Assembly: GCF_000143415.4 (NCBI RefSeq)
Contig: NW_003314261.1
Coordinates: forward strand, 3,650,880-3,714,879
Length of the DNA: 64,000 nucleotides
Direction of reading: 5' to 3'
DNA from: Selaginella moellendorffii
Lineage: Eukaryota; Plantae; Lycopodiophyta
Within the stretch, counting starts at the first letter, position 1. Each line of letters begins with the position of its first letter. Made by a program: the position numbers and the translations under genes. Below, piece by piece: positions 47,371-60,455 of the stretch. The notes below the pieces were generated by a model. The model had not been told where the DNA came from. It saw only the letters and a list, made by a program, of their open reading frames with translations, and did not search any database.

Positions 47371-50300
47371 ATGGCCTTCCCCAGCGCGAGGATTAGGGCT
47401 TGGCGGAGCGCATTTGGAGGCCTACGTCGCGGATTCGACGAGGCCGCTGCTGTGCAGGAGATTCTGGGCCAGGCGCCGGCGCTAGCGCGCTCGTCTCTCG
47501 AGATTCCATCGCAAGAGGTGTGTGTATTGGATTATAGATCGTCTACATTGTCCCCTGTTCGATCTTTCTCAGGCGCTGGGAGACATCTTGGCGCTGTTAG
47601 ACGCGGCGTCCAAGTTCGTGAGTGACAATGTGGCCCTCAGCAAAGCTTCCATTCTGGTAATCTAGTTTCTTTGTGTTGTTGTTTCCTTTGGTGCGATGTT
47701 TCCCTTTCTTCCAGGTGGTGGATTTGATATCCTCCGCCCAGCTCGAATTTCGAAAGGAGTCGGCTGCTCAGGTTTTTAGTTTTCTTCGCGGAGCGATTGA
47801 GCAGGGAGTGTCGAGCATCCAGAAGGCTGGCCTCGAGAACCATCCTTGCGATCACGTCTTTGAGACTGTCAACGCTCTTGCGTAGGTTCTTTCGCATTTC
47901 GTTTTTCCGTTTTAAAGCTTTTTTGTTTCAGGTTCTTCGTTCACGGTCATGGACAGCATCTATCATCCGACGAAGCAAACGCTCTTGTGCTCGGACTTGT
48001 GCCGTTGGTGGCGTCCACGCGCAACTCAGTCAGAGCACGTAAAGGAGGGCGATTTGATTCCAGCGTTTACACTGCTATTGCGAATGTCTTTACTCGGGCT
48101 GGATCTCTTGTTACCAAAGATACCTGGCAAAAAGTCGTGCAGGTTAGCCTTGATCAGTAGAAAATTTGTAGGTAACCACTCGTGTCGTCGCCAGGCTTTT
48201 CGCAAAGTGCTGGACCAGGTTGGAGTTGAACTTTTAGAAGAGACCGCGGCTTCCAGGTTTGTGAACTAAGTACGGTGTCTTTCTAACCTGATTCACAATT
48301 ATGTGCAGGTATTACGCCGCAATCTTACGTGCCCTGCATATTGTTTTCTCTGATGCTAAAGCTCCCCTTGATGACAACGTGAGTATTCAAAGCCAGGTTT
48401 TGGTTTTCGTACTGATTTTTTAGCAGATCGGTGGTTTTGTGGCCGTGCTGCGCATGTTTGTGTCATACGGTCTTCCCGGAAATCGCACTCGAGCTTTCCC
48501 CGATGCAACAGTCCCATCACCTCGAAGTTCACAGGCAGCACCTCAAGAAGTTTTGAAAGGCAAAGGCAGCAGTTTGTACAGGCCTCCACATTTGCGTTCT
48601 CGGATGCAAGATGGTGGAGAGTCTAGCAGTCCAAGCTTGGACTCAGACAAACGAACGCTATTTTCAGATTCGGAACAAAGTGATAACGATAATTCGCAAG
48701 AGACTGACCAATTCAGAAGCTCGAAGGCTCGGACAAACGCAATTCTTTGTATCCAAGTACGCAGCTATTCTTTTAGGTTGTTTTGATTTCTTGTTTTATT
48801 TTTATTTTTTATTTTTTTTTGCTTATGCAGGCCATAGCTCGAGCTGACCCGAAATCTCTGCATGCACATTGGACGTTACTGCTACCAACTCATAACGTTT
48901 TACATCCACGGTAAGTTAATCGACTTAAAATCTTATTTTTGATTAATAAACAGGTTTGTAACTCAGTTTCATCGTGGATAATGCAGTCTGTATCAACCAA
49001 CATTGGTAACAACACTAATTTTTGATCCAGTTTCAAAGGTACATATTGGTTTTTCTTACGTTTGAAATTGAACTAGCGCGTAGTGTAGACCCGTCTTGCT
49101 GCAGCGTCTACGATTTCTGCTTTATTGGAAGGTCCAGCCAAAGCTTTTCTCCAAGTAGCAGAGTACAAGGACTCGGGAAAAGCCGGCTCGTTTACAACAT
49201 TGTCCACATCCCTTGGGCAGATCATTGTCCAACTTTATACAGGTACATGCTCAGGATTTGACTTTAAAATGGGGCTTACTGGATCGTCATTTCTTAGGAC
49301 TGCTTCATTCGGTTTCAAATGAGTCTCAATCTGGCGTTCTTGTTGCGATATTAAAAGCCTTGTCACTACTCGTATCTTCTAGCCCGTAAGCTTTCTTTGT
49401 TTCATAGTTATCTTCTCAAAATATTGTTTTTCTTTTGCTACAAAATTTGACAGATTCGATCGTCTTCCAATAGGAGTACTGAATGACGTTATCAACACTG
49501 TACACAAAAGAATATTTGAGCTTACACCCTCTTCCGATCAGACACTTTTGGTGAGGAAGTCTGCAGTTGTCAACATGACTGATTCTTTTTCAATGAGCAG
49601 GTTCCAGGACTTAGCTGTTTGTCTGTAGCTTTGGCGGCTTCTTCAGGATCGTCACAAGTCTTGAGCTCTATACTCGAGCAGAATCAAGGTGAGGCTTGAT
49701 TATTTGTAGTTAGCCATTTGCTAATACTAGTACTTGCAGTTTCTAAAAAGTCAGTACTAGCAAATTTAATCTATCTTGCAAGAGCGTCACCATTTTCAGG
49801 TGTTCGTATCGAAGCTCTCCAGGTAAAAGGTTTTCTGTGCTCATGCATGTTGCCTCACGTCTAAAATTGTGTAGGCATTGAAGGCTGCTGTCCACAGTCA
49901 CTCTACTTTGGCTTCTCTTTACTGGAATGAACTAGCGGAGGTGGTTCACGAAGTCATAGAGCATGAAAGCGCTACACATATTACTGAGGTTCCATGTCCA
50001 GTCGGGAATTTTCGGGCCGTGGATGAAAAAACTGTATATCATTCGCTAAAGGTACACGGGAAGCATTTGGTTTTCGGGTTTGTGATCATTGCAAAATGGC
50101 AGCTTTTAGACGAGTTGCTGCGAGTGTTATCTGGTTTCAACGGTGCAGACGATATGTTCGACTTTCCAACAACATCGCCGAGTCCGTCTTTGGTGCCTCA
50201 ACCAATAAAGCTGCTAACTGCTACTGGAAGAACTGTTCAGAATGTCCCCGATAAGCTCGATCCTGCAGCATCTCAGTGGCTTGAAGTCATGAATAAGTTT

Positions 50301-52054
50301 CTTCCACTAGTACTGTACCACGGTACCCCTATGGTTAGTTGTTGCCGTGTTTTTTGTCCTCGTGCTCACCACGGCTTACAGGTCCGAGCAGCTGCATTAA
50401 CCTGTTTTGCCGGTCTAACACCAGGCGTCTACTCTAACTTATCAGAGAAACACCAGGAGTACATATTGTCCACTGTCGTAAGCAAACTCTGAAAATTCCG
50501 CGCGTCTTTGTCTGATTCTTGTTCTTTTCAGATAAATGCGGCTATTAGAGATGATACAGCATCTGTACGCTCGGCAGCTTCCAGAGCAATTGGAGTTTTA
50601 GTGGGCTGTAGTGAGATCGTTGAAAGGTGGTCTAGCTGCTTGCTTAGTTATTCTGCTAACAAGTTCCCTCCAGGAATCAAAGATTAAACTCCGTCGTTGC
50701 CACTATCCAGGCTGCTATCTCAGATGCTGCCTTATCGGTTAGTTTCTTTTTGCCCGTGATTAACTCCACAGCTGTAACTAGCTGAAAATGATGCAGGTAC
50801 GAATCACGTCTTGCTGGGCTTTAGCAAATATCTGTGACGCCTTCTGCAAAAGCTTTGAAAATGGATTCCCATGTACGTATGTCCATGTTAATGTATTGAT
50901 GCTTCTTATGCTGCTTTTATAACAGCTATTGCCCGTGACTCGAAATTATTGACTACTTTGGCAGAGGTTGCACTGAAGGCAGCTAAAGATGGAGATAAGG
51001 TAGGTGGTTTGTGTATGCAGACAAACTCTGAAGTCTTTCCAGGTCCGCGCAAATGCCGTCAGAGCATTGGGCAACCTTGCGAAGTTTGCAGACTTCTCTG
51101 ACGGCGTTGCGACCGATGAAAACCGGAGTCCACCACTTTTATGGCTGGGGCGCATGGTCCAGACGCTGGTGTCGTGCATCACAACAGGCAACGTGAAGGT
51201 ATTTTGACCAGCGTTTATTGCCTCAATTGTGCCAGTCACGTGCTTTTTTCAGGTTCAATGGAATGTGTGCCACGCACTCGGTAATTTATTTCTCAACAGA
51301 ACCATTTCTCTACCAGAGATGCCATGGTGAGTTTGTTGGTTTCGTTTTCACTACAGTACCATAACCAGTGTTGTCTTCCTCAACAGGTCTTCTTCGGTGT
51401 TTAGCATCTTGCTGCTGCTTTTACGCGATTCTGGAAACTTCAAAATCCGTATACACGCGGCATCTGCATTGGCTGTTCCCAGCTGTCGGGATGGTAATGT
51501 GAAATCTCCAAGTGTTTTATCAATTGCTAAGACTTTGGTTGATGGATGTAGACTTTGGCGAATCCTTTGGTGATGTCCTTCACGGGCTAGTCCATGCGCT
51601 CGAGTCACTAGACTCTGGCAAAACTGCGCCATCGAGTTTTAAATACATGTCAACACTATCAGAGCAGGTCTTTCTTTCTCCTTTTTAACCTCTCTTTCTT
51701 TCCCATCAACTTTTGATTGCCGATTTTACAGCTAGACACAACACTCCTCCAAATCCTTTCATATGCAAGCCCTGAGGACTACTGCTCGCTCAAGGACTTC
51801 TTACACAAGGTGAGCTTTTTCCAGAACTTACATCTCGCAAACTTAGTGCTTCTGTTTGTGACTAGCGTGCGGCGTTTCTACACGGCTGGCTACATTCCTT
51901 ACTGAGATCGCCGGCACCAAACTTAGAAGGACTCGAAAGAGTGAGTACGAAGCAAACGCAGGCTCTCCAAGCAGCTCAAGCGCTGGGCAGCTTGTTTTCC
52001 AGTGGAGGAGACAAAACTTTACAGGAGAGATTTGAGAACCTGCGAGTAAGCTGA
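47371..52054 (+). CDS. HEATR6: HEAT repeat-containing protein 6-like (DUF4042), many exons
   Basis: N-terminal AWRSAF, YRPPHLR, SKARTNAILCIQAIARADPKSLHAHWTLLLP, VRANAVRALGNL, NVKVQWNVCHALGNLF and NFKIRIHAASAL. Confidence 0.88.
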
Positions 52055-52224
52055 CTCGATCGAGCCAAACCAAAAAAAATATCCAAAGTCTGTCCATCCA
52101 GAACGAACCAGGTAGCAAACACAGTGATTGATGTAATGGAACGTAACTTTGATACAAGTCTCGGATAAAAGCATGGATATTTTCGATTTCGCCTTGTCTC
52201 TGATGATTGTTCCGGGGTCCATAT

Positions 52225-53720
52225 CCTAGTAATCTGGAGCTAGCCTCGGCCAACTCTCTGCAAAAATCCTGCTAGAAGAGATTTCATCCTTCTTTTTCTA
52301 CGCCAGAAAGCGAACCTTTTTCTTGGTGTTGCTTGCGTAAGAGGACATTGTGTACCCGCAGTGGTGGACGTCTCGCGTCGGGAATAAAAATCATAGCCGC
52401 TGGATTCTTTCTCCTCCCAGCACAGCGCACCCCTCCAAGCGTAACAATCGATGGCGACGTATTTGGCCGGCAAATAGCGCTGCTGCAAGAACCATCGGAG
52501 AAGAAGACGAGTATGTGTCTTTAGCGGCTGGAAACAAAGCCAACAAGCACAAAGCCAAGCTTACCCGGCACTCAGCTTCCAAAGTTCTGTCCGGGACCAG
52601 TTTGCGCTGCGAGGCTCCCATGATCCCACACACAACAGTGAATGCGACAAAAGCTGCGTAGAGTTTTTCGAAGTGTTCACTTAGTCAACAAGAACATCAA
52701 AGCCGAGAGAGAAGCAGCCCCAGATACTTTACTCTCGGCTCGGGTCGGCGTCGTTCGTGTCCACCTCCGCCGCTTAAAGGTTTTCTAGGCCACCTCTGCC
52801 ACTCCGGAGGTACGCAGAGTGTCTTTCTCTTTCCTTCCTTTTTTTTAAAGCTTTGAGCTTTAATTCCCAGGAATGCTGTGTCCCACCGCTGGCTGCCGCT
52901 GCTGGGACGAAGCACAAAAAGCAAGTGTCCGAAAGCACAAGAAAAAATGTAAGATAAGACACAAAGCTTTCTCCAAAAGCCTTTGCTTACCGGGTGGTTC
53001 TCCGCTTAGAATTATACGATCGACAAAGTGGTCCCTGCTTGAGGCGGCAGCTTGATTTGTGGAATCGTCCTCAGTGAGCTGAAGACACAAGGCAAGGAGG
53101 CTAAAGTATTAGCCTTTGGTTGTTGCTGCTGGGCTCCGGACCCCCGAAAACAACGTTTGAGGTTTCCTAGGCGCAAACCATGTGAGCCCGCTCTATAAAA
53201 TAAAGACCGCCTGTGTAAGTAGAACGTTGGGGAAGCAATTGCAAGAAAGAAACCTCGTGTGTACCCCATTTTCTTCATTTTTTTTTTCTTGGCTGGCTGG
53301 TAATAGCAATCAGATCTCGTGGCTTGCACGCGTACGAGTGGCTGGCAGAACGGGCATGCCGTACGCCTTTTGTTTTCTCCACGTTTGCTCTGAGTAGATA
53401 AACATGCCAAGAATTAGCTAATAGCTAAGACAATCAGATCTAGGAGGAGACGCGCTATAGAAAAATAAAAAAACGTACGTACCAATGCAACCACCGCACT
53501 GCCGGGACTCTAAACAACGTCCTTGGTAGTAGAAACCTGAAAAAGTAGAGCAGCCACCTCAATCAATGTAAAAGGAGATAAAAAAGCAAGCACTTACCTC
53601 GTTTAGTGCTCCAGTAAAGAGCTAAAATCACCACAAAAGTTCAGTAAGTCATCACTAACTATATGTATAGCCTTACCTCCGCGTTGCTAGCCTTTGACGC
53701 GAGCTTGTTGAGATTCATTC
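52225..53720 (-). other. Spliced transcription unit of unknown nature (possible small ORF MGASQRKL... behind a multi-exon leader)
   Basis: Repeated GTAAG donors with polypyrimidine-AG acceptors on the minus strand. The exons at ~52657-52566 and 52527-52316 join in frame, while upstream exons contain stops. Confidence 0.3.
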
Positions 53721-54488
53721 CTCCTGCGTTTGGGATTCGCTTGCCGGTGGCAGCCTGGAAAGGCCAATGAGTACCTCTCAGTGTGGTATACGGAGCAGAA
53801 AAAAGCCAGCCCGGAATGACATGATATTTTGGTGACTTGCTCGCTGCTTCTTCTCGTCTTCCCTTCCGCCCCCGCGTTTCTGCTATACTCTCTTTTTCTA
53901 GCGTCACGAGCCAGCCGCTCATCCACTCGCTGCTCGCCACCACTCCAGTTCCCTGCACCGCTGCTGCTGCTGCTGCTGCTCAGCTCCTGGAATTGCCACT
54001 CTTTCTTTGCTTTCACGACTGCCTCAGCTCCGCTCAGTCCCAAAAGCACGCCTGGAAGCACGGACTGTCGACCATCAAAATACAGCTTCTCCCTGATCGC
54101 TTGCTAGGCTCTTGCAGCAGTAGGAGGAGGAAACGACTAACTTTGAGTGAGATCAGCCCCTTATTCTACTCTTCCTCTTTCCTCGGTTTTGCTCGGTCCT
54201 TGCGTAGCTTAGGAGCTCCAGCTAGTGCACTGTGGCCGCATTGCTTTTTCTCCTTTCCAGGTTGTCGATGTGAAGCTCCTTCCCAGAGTGTGCCTGCCTC
54301 CTGCGCTCTGATATATACTCATGGCTTTTCTTCCAAGGCTCTTGCTCTAGCGCCTCCATTCTATAAAACATATCGTGTCTGTACGACAGTTGCTTCCTGA
54401 GTCGCACAGGAAACGCATCCCGCTCGGCTTTGATAGTCGTCTTCAAATCCAGAATCTGCCTTCAAATCTATGTGTTGCATCTTCTACA

Positions 54489-56243
54489 ATGACCAACACC
54501 ATAGCCACCACCACCACCACCAGCATGCAGGTAAGAAGAAGCAGGTCGTCCTCGAACTCGTTTTTCTGACGCATAGCTTGAAAACTTGCAGACCGTGATA
54601 CTCAAAGTCGGATTGCACTGCGAAGGCTGCGAGCGGAGAGTGAAGAAGGCACTGTTTAACGTCAAAGGTGAGCTATTGCGAGTGATCTTCAGTGTGGCCT
54701 CCTCACACATTGCTTTCTTCGTCCAGGCACCGCCTCAGTTGATGTAGATAAAAACAGAGAATGGATCAAAGTAACCGGATTTGTCGATCCGTCGAAGCTC
54801 TTGAAAGCGGTGAAGAAAACTGGGAAGCCTGTGGAGCTGTGGAACTATCCAAACGGCAACGGCAACAAGAACCTGTATGGATCTCAGCCTGTCATGACCA
54901 CCCCGAGCAAAGCTTCGAAAGGAGGTCCGAAGGGAAACAACGGTAACAAAAGCTTCCAAGGCAGCAACAAGTCGAACGAACACGACCGTTCCTTCCATCC
55001 TCAGCCCGAATACTTGTCTGAAGCCTCCGACTACGAGCATTCACCCAAAATGCAGTTTTACGGCAAGGACGGCGGCAAATCCGACTTGTATGGCGATTTC
55101 AAGTCCCCCAAAAACCAGATGTCCGACTTCTACAGCGATCTCAAGCCCCAGAAAAGTCAGAAGACCGACTACTTCGGCGATCTCAAGCCTCAAAAGAACC
55201 AGAAGTCCGACTTCTACGGCGACCTCAAGCCTCAGAAGAACCAGAATTCCGGCGGCTACGGTGATTTCAAGTCCCCCAAGAGCCAAAAGTCCTCCGACTT
55301 CCACACCGATGCCAAGCCCCAGAAGAACCAAAAGAACCAGAAGTCTGACTCGTTCTTTGGCAGCTTCAAGTCCTCCAAGAACCAAAAGTCCGACTTCTAC
55401 AGCGATGCCAAGCCTCAAAAGAACCAGCAGAAGTCCGACTTCTACGATGACATCAAGCCTCAAAAGAACCAGCAGAAGTCCGACTTCTATGGCGATGCAA
55501 AGCCTCAAAAGAACCAGCACATGTCCGACTTCTATGGCGATGTCAAGCCTCAAAAGCACCAGCAGAAGTCCGACTTCTATGGCGATTTCAAGTCCCCCAA
55601 GAACGAGAAGTTTGATCACTATGGCGAATTCAAGTCCCCGAAGAGCCAAAAGTCCGAAGGTTTCAAGTCGGAAAAGAAGGCCAATTACAAGGTCGATACC
55701 CGGTCCGAGTACGATGATCTCTCACATTCTGGCTCGGAAGACGACAGTGACTTCAGCGACAGTGTCAAGAAGCCCAACATCCGTTCAGGCTACGATGACG
55801 AGAATTCCACTGGACTTTATGGTAATCATCATAAGCAGTCCGGCCACGAGTTTAAAAAGTCGGGATATGGCGCGTCCACCTACAACAATGAGCACAAGTC
55901 ATCAGGCTCCACTTACAGCAATGAGCACAACAAATCACCGTACATGGATACCTCTCGCTTTGACGGTGATCGAAAGTCCAATAGCAACCAGAAGAAGCAA
56001 AAGTCGCAGGTAGCTCCGAAGTATGTCTCGTTCGAGGATGACTACGAGCAGCCAAGGTATCGACAACAACCTGAAGGAAATTACCGAAATCAGGACCGCG
56101 GACATGAGCAAAAGTTCTATACCACCGAGCAGAGCTACCACCCAGGTTACAGCTACGCGTACCACGACCGTGTTCCTCCTGCCAACACTGGATTCAGTAC
56201 TATGTTCAGTGAAGAAAATCCCAATGCCTGTTCAATCATGTAA
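54489..56243 (+). CDS. Heavy-metal-associated isoprenylated plant protein (HIPP) with an internal repeat array
   Basis: HMA domain LKVGLHCEGCERRVKKAL..VTGFVDPSKLLKAVKKTGK, and a C-terminal FSEENPNACSIM* CaaX motif. Two short introns. Confidence 0.94.
55080..55651 (+). repeat. Coding tandem repeat (13 units of 14-17 aa)
   Basis: SDFYGD(L/A/F)K(PQ/SP)KNQ(Q)K units, mostly 42-45 bp. Confidence 0.92.
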
Positions 56244-56546
56244 GTTTATTCTTCCTCTTCAACAGTCAGCTTTTCTTCCAGCTTATACATAACTTGCCTG
56301 CCGTTGCCCTCGTATTTGCGATCGCAGTTTTTCTTTCATTGAGTTTCAAATAAAACGTTCGAGTAGATTATAGTTAAAAAGATCTTGTCAAGCCTTCGAA
56401 AATAAAACACGCAGATCCATTAAAAGGCAATCGTTTTACAAGTACCTGAATCAGCTGAGATTCTCGCAGACCTCGCTACGTGAAAATTGGTATCACGTTA
56501 GCACAGATCCACTCGTAATCAGAAGCTTAACAATATATACCACCGA

Positions 56547-57301
56547 TCAAACTCCCAGTAAGGATATCAAGTACAAGATGTAGGCGATGATGCACCCAAG
56601 AGCAGCACCGGCAGCAACCTGGGACAGAAAATCGATGCAGAAGAAACGAGAAGTACGCAACGTTACCTGTGGTGGAGTATGTCCAAGAGGCTCTCTCAAG
56701 GGTCTAGAGTCTGCCAAAGGATGCTCCGGTGGTAGCTCAAACACTATCTGGTTCAACACCTGGATCACGCAAAACTCTTTCGGAATGAGCGAAGAAGTGA
56801 CTCGCAAACAAAAGCACTTTTACCTCGGCTTGCCTCCCAGCATGAAACCTGACACTAGACGCATCGTACATAACCTGGGAGAAAAATAAAAAAAGAAGAG
56901 AAAGTTCACATATTTCTCGACGTCAACGAGGAAGAAACTTACTATGCTCGCCAAGACCAGCGCAATCGCAAAGAGAGATCCTCCAGTGCCGTCCCGGAGC
57001 CCAATCGCAACAGTGAGCCCGATCACAGTGGCGGAATGCGACGACGGCATTCCCCCCGATCCAGCCATTCTCTTCAAATCCCACCGCTTCTCCTTGTACC
57101 TGCGGACCTAGCACCGAGCGCATTGATCCTAGGGATCGAAAACCCCAGAAATCCCTACCAGGTGGTGACGATCTTGAGCGATTGCGCGGCCACGAACGAA
57201 ACGAAGGCTGCTACCAGCGGCAGATTCGAGAAGGAAGAGTAGGCCGATGGAACAGCGGCAGGATCGAGCGATTGATCCGCAGCTGCCACCGCGCCTTCCA
57301 T
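56547..57301 (-). CDS. DUF212 acid phosphatase/vanadium haloperoxidase-related membrane protein (multi-exon)
   Basis: AQSLKIVTTW|YKEKRWD..GSGGMPSSHSATV, VMYDASGFMLGG, and GHTPPQ|VAAGAALG. Confidence 0.9.
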
Positions 57302-57501
57302 CGCTCCCCCTCTCATAATTTATTTAGGGTTCTTCGCGAGAACAAGCATCGTATTTACTTAGGACGAGCAAGCTAATCTAATGTCGAAACTAATCTCGCG
57401 GCTTAACAGTCCCTGGCCAGCAAGGGTCGGTCTCGTCTTTGTGGCTCCAAAGAATGACACGAAGATAGATACCCACATTTTCTAGGGTTCTTCCAGCAGC
57501 T

Positions 57502-59825
57502 ATGGCGGCATCGGCGTCGTGTGCCTTGGCGTTCCATCCGCTTCTACAAGGTACTAGCGCTACTCGCTTGAGACGATCGGCATTCACACCGCACAAATCT
57601 CCTCCCCAGCAATGCATCGTCATCGCTCGCGCTTCGCAGTCGAAATTCCCGGCGGCGACGCTGGCATCGGTTGTTCTAGCAATCTCTGGCGCCACTCCCG
57701 CCATGGCCGTGGACGTCCAGCCTCCTCCAGCCCCCCAGGCACAACAAATCGAGCAGACTCCAGCGGCGGGGTCGCCATTCTCGCTCATGGAAGCTCCGCC
57801 GGTGGAGGCCCGGAAGAAACTCGATCTTCCAGAGGGGAACCAGTGGCGATACAGCGAGTTTTTGAACGCGGTGAAGGGAGGGAAGGTGGAGAGAGTGAGG
57901 TTTAGCAGGGATGGCAGCGTTCTCCAGCTCACCGCCGTGGACGGGCGACGAGCAGCAGTGATCGTTCCAAACGATCCCGACCTGGTCGATATCCTTGCCA
58001 TGAATGGAGTGGATATCTCGGTCTCGGAGGGAGAGTCCGGCAACAATCTCTTCAACATCCTCGGCAATCTCCTCTTTCCACTGCTCGCTTTCGGAGGCTT
58101 GTTCTTGCTCTTCCGGAGAGCTCAGGGAGGCCCTGGCGGTCCCGGAGGCCTTGGAGGTCCCATGGACTTTGGACGATCGAAATCCAAGTTCCAAGAGGTT
58201 CCAGAGACGGGGGTTACATTCGCGGACGTTGCTGGAGCCGACCAGGCAAAGCTGGAGCTCCAGGAGGTGGTCGACTTCTTGAAGAACCCGGAGAAGTACA
58301 CGGCCTTGGGTGCTAAAATTCCAAAAGGCTGCCTGCTCGTCGGCCCTCCAGGGACTGGGAAAACTTTGCTAGCGAGGGCTGTTGCTGGTGAAGCCGGTGT
58401 GCCGTTCTTCTCGTGCGCCGCCTCTGAATTCGTGGAGCTCTTTGTCGGTGTTGGAGCCTCCCGTGTAAGGGACTTGTTCGAGAAGGCCAAGGGGAAGGCT
58501 CCATGCATTGTGTTCATCGACGAGATTGATGCCGTCGGCAGGCAGAGAGGTGCTGGCCTGGGTGGTGGAAATGACGAGCGCGAGCAAACTATCAACCAGC
58601 TGCTCACTGAGATGGATGGTTTTTCTGGGAACAGTGGAGTCATAGTTTTGGCCGCCACGAACAGGCCCGACGTGCTCGACTCTGCTCTCTTGAGACCTGG
58701 CCGATTTGATCGGCAAGTCACGGTTGACAGACCTGATGTGGCTGGACGAGTGAGGATTTTGGAGGTAAAGCTGCAGTTTTGATAACGTTCTTACTTACGT
58801 TTTCCTTTTCTTTTCTTTTCAGGTCCATTCTAAAGGAAAATCCCTGGGCAAGGATGTCGACTTTGAGAAGATCGCAAGAAGAACTCCGGGCTTTACCGGC
58901 GCGGACTTGCAAAACCTCATGAACGAAGCGGCCATCCTGGCGGCCAGGAGAGATCTCAAAGAGATTAGCAAAGATGAGATCTCTGATGCTCTGGAACGAA
59001 TCATCGCTGGACCTGAGAAGAAGAATGCTGTGGTTTCGGAGGAGAGGAAGAAGCTGGTTGCTTACCACGGTAAGCAAACTCTCACTTTTAGTTTCGTCGG
59101 GGACTTACTCGAGTTTTTGTTGGAGTAGAGGCTGGCCACGCACTCGTTGGAGCACTGATGCCCGAGTATGATCCAGTCGCGAAAATTTCCATCATCCCCC
59201 GGGGTGGAGCCGGAGGTTTGACATTTTTCGCACCCAGCGAGGAGAGACTTGAGTCAGGTTTATACAGCCGAAGCTACTTGGAGAACCAGATGGCGGTGGC
59301 TCTTGGGGGAAGGTACGTGATCTAATCTTCCCATTTTCTTTGCTTTAAGCGTGCGATTCCAGAATCGCGGAGGAGGTGATCTTCGGCCCCGAGAACGTCA
59401 CCACCGGAGCTTCAAACGATTTCCAGCAAGTGTCGCGGGTTGCACGCCAGATGGTGGAGCGATTTGGATTCAGCAACAAGATTGGCCAGGTCGCTCTCGG
59501 TGGCTCTGGCGGAAATCCTTTCCTCGGCCAACAGGTTCTTGCGCAAAATCAGAAACAAAGTAGAAACTGAAACTTACTCTCTTTCTTTCTTTGTTCTTCG
59601 CAGCTTTCTCAGCAATCCGATTACTCCATGGCCACCGCTGACGTTGTCGACGCCGAGGTTCGCGAGCTCGTCGAGTCGGCCTACGCTCGAGCCAAGCATC
59701 TCATCACGACTCACGTTGAGATCTTGCACAAGCTCGCCAATCTCTTGATCGAGAAAGAGACTGTGGATGGCGAGGAGTTTTTGAGCCTCTTTGTGGATGG
59801 AAACGCGGAGCTTTACTTGGGATAG
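57502..59825 (+). CDS. FTSH1: Chloroplast ATP-dependent zinc metalloprotease FtsH, type A (FtsH1/FtsH5-like)
   Basis: Transit peptide, [17 protein letters not shown], Walker A GPPGTGKT, Walker B FIDEID, and HEAGH split by an intron at ~59070-59128. Confidence 0.96.
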
Positions 59826-60455
59826 ATTCGCAAATGTAAAGTCATGAGAACTTAAATAAATAAATAAAATTAAACCCTTAGGCTAACCGCTAATATATAC
59901 CTTGTTACGAATTTCTCTGGCTTACACGGGACAGTATTCGAACCCCCAACCTTAGCAACGGGACAAATCTTATGGTTTGCGGTATAGCCAAGGGGTCCCT
60001 TGGGTAGCCATTACAATTTTCACGAAAAAAAGGCTTGACCAAGTGAGTAATCTTTTGGGTTAAAAAATAACATTTAGCTTCAGTTGTTTTATCCCTTATA
60101 ATCCATATACTTTCTGTCATATATATGAATTTACAAGTTTGAACTGGAGTAGCTTGTGAGCCATTACCCATGAAGGGGTGATAATTACATTGTAAACTCT
60201 CGTCATATGTAAACATATAAAGAGAGCACGGGATGATTGCATTCAAAAGGAATGCTAAAAACAGATTTGTATTTGGATCTAAACACCGTGAAGCTTTCAA
60301 GCAAAATTTTTAAAGCCTATTGTTAAGGAACCAGCTCTAGGAACTAGAGAGTATTTTGTGCATCAGCCCAAGATATAGTTAAAACCTTCTGTAATTTCCT
60401 AAGGAGTCTGTTACTTCAACAGAACATATCACTCTCTATATGTAGTTTAGGGTTT

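Noticed and set aside
59928-59999. tRNA-like 72-bp segment on the minus strand (GGGAC...GGTTCGAAT...GTCCC)
   Set aside because: The T-arm and D-arm do not pair; at most a SINE/tRNA relic.
31883-60454. Scattered AAACCCTA/TAGGGTTT motifs as interstitial telomere sequence
   Set aside because: They are single copies near gene starts, i.e. ordinary telo-box promoter elements.
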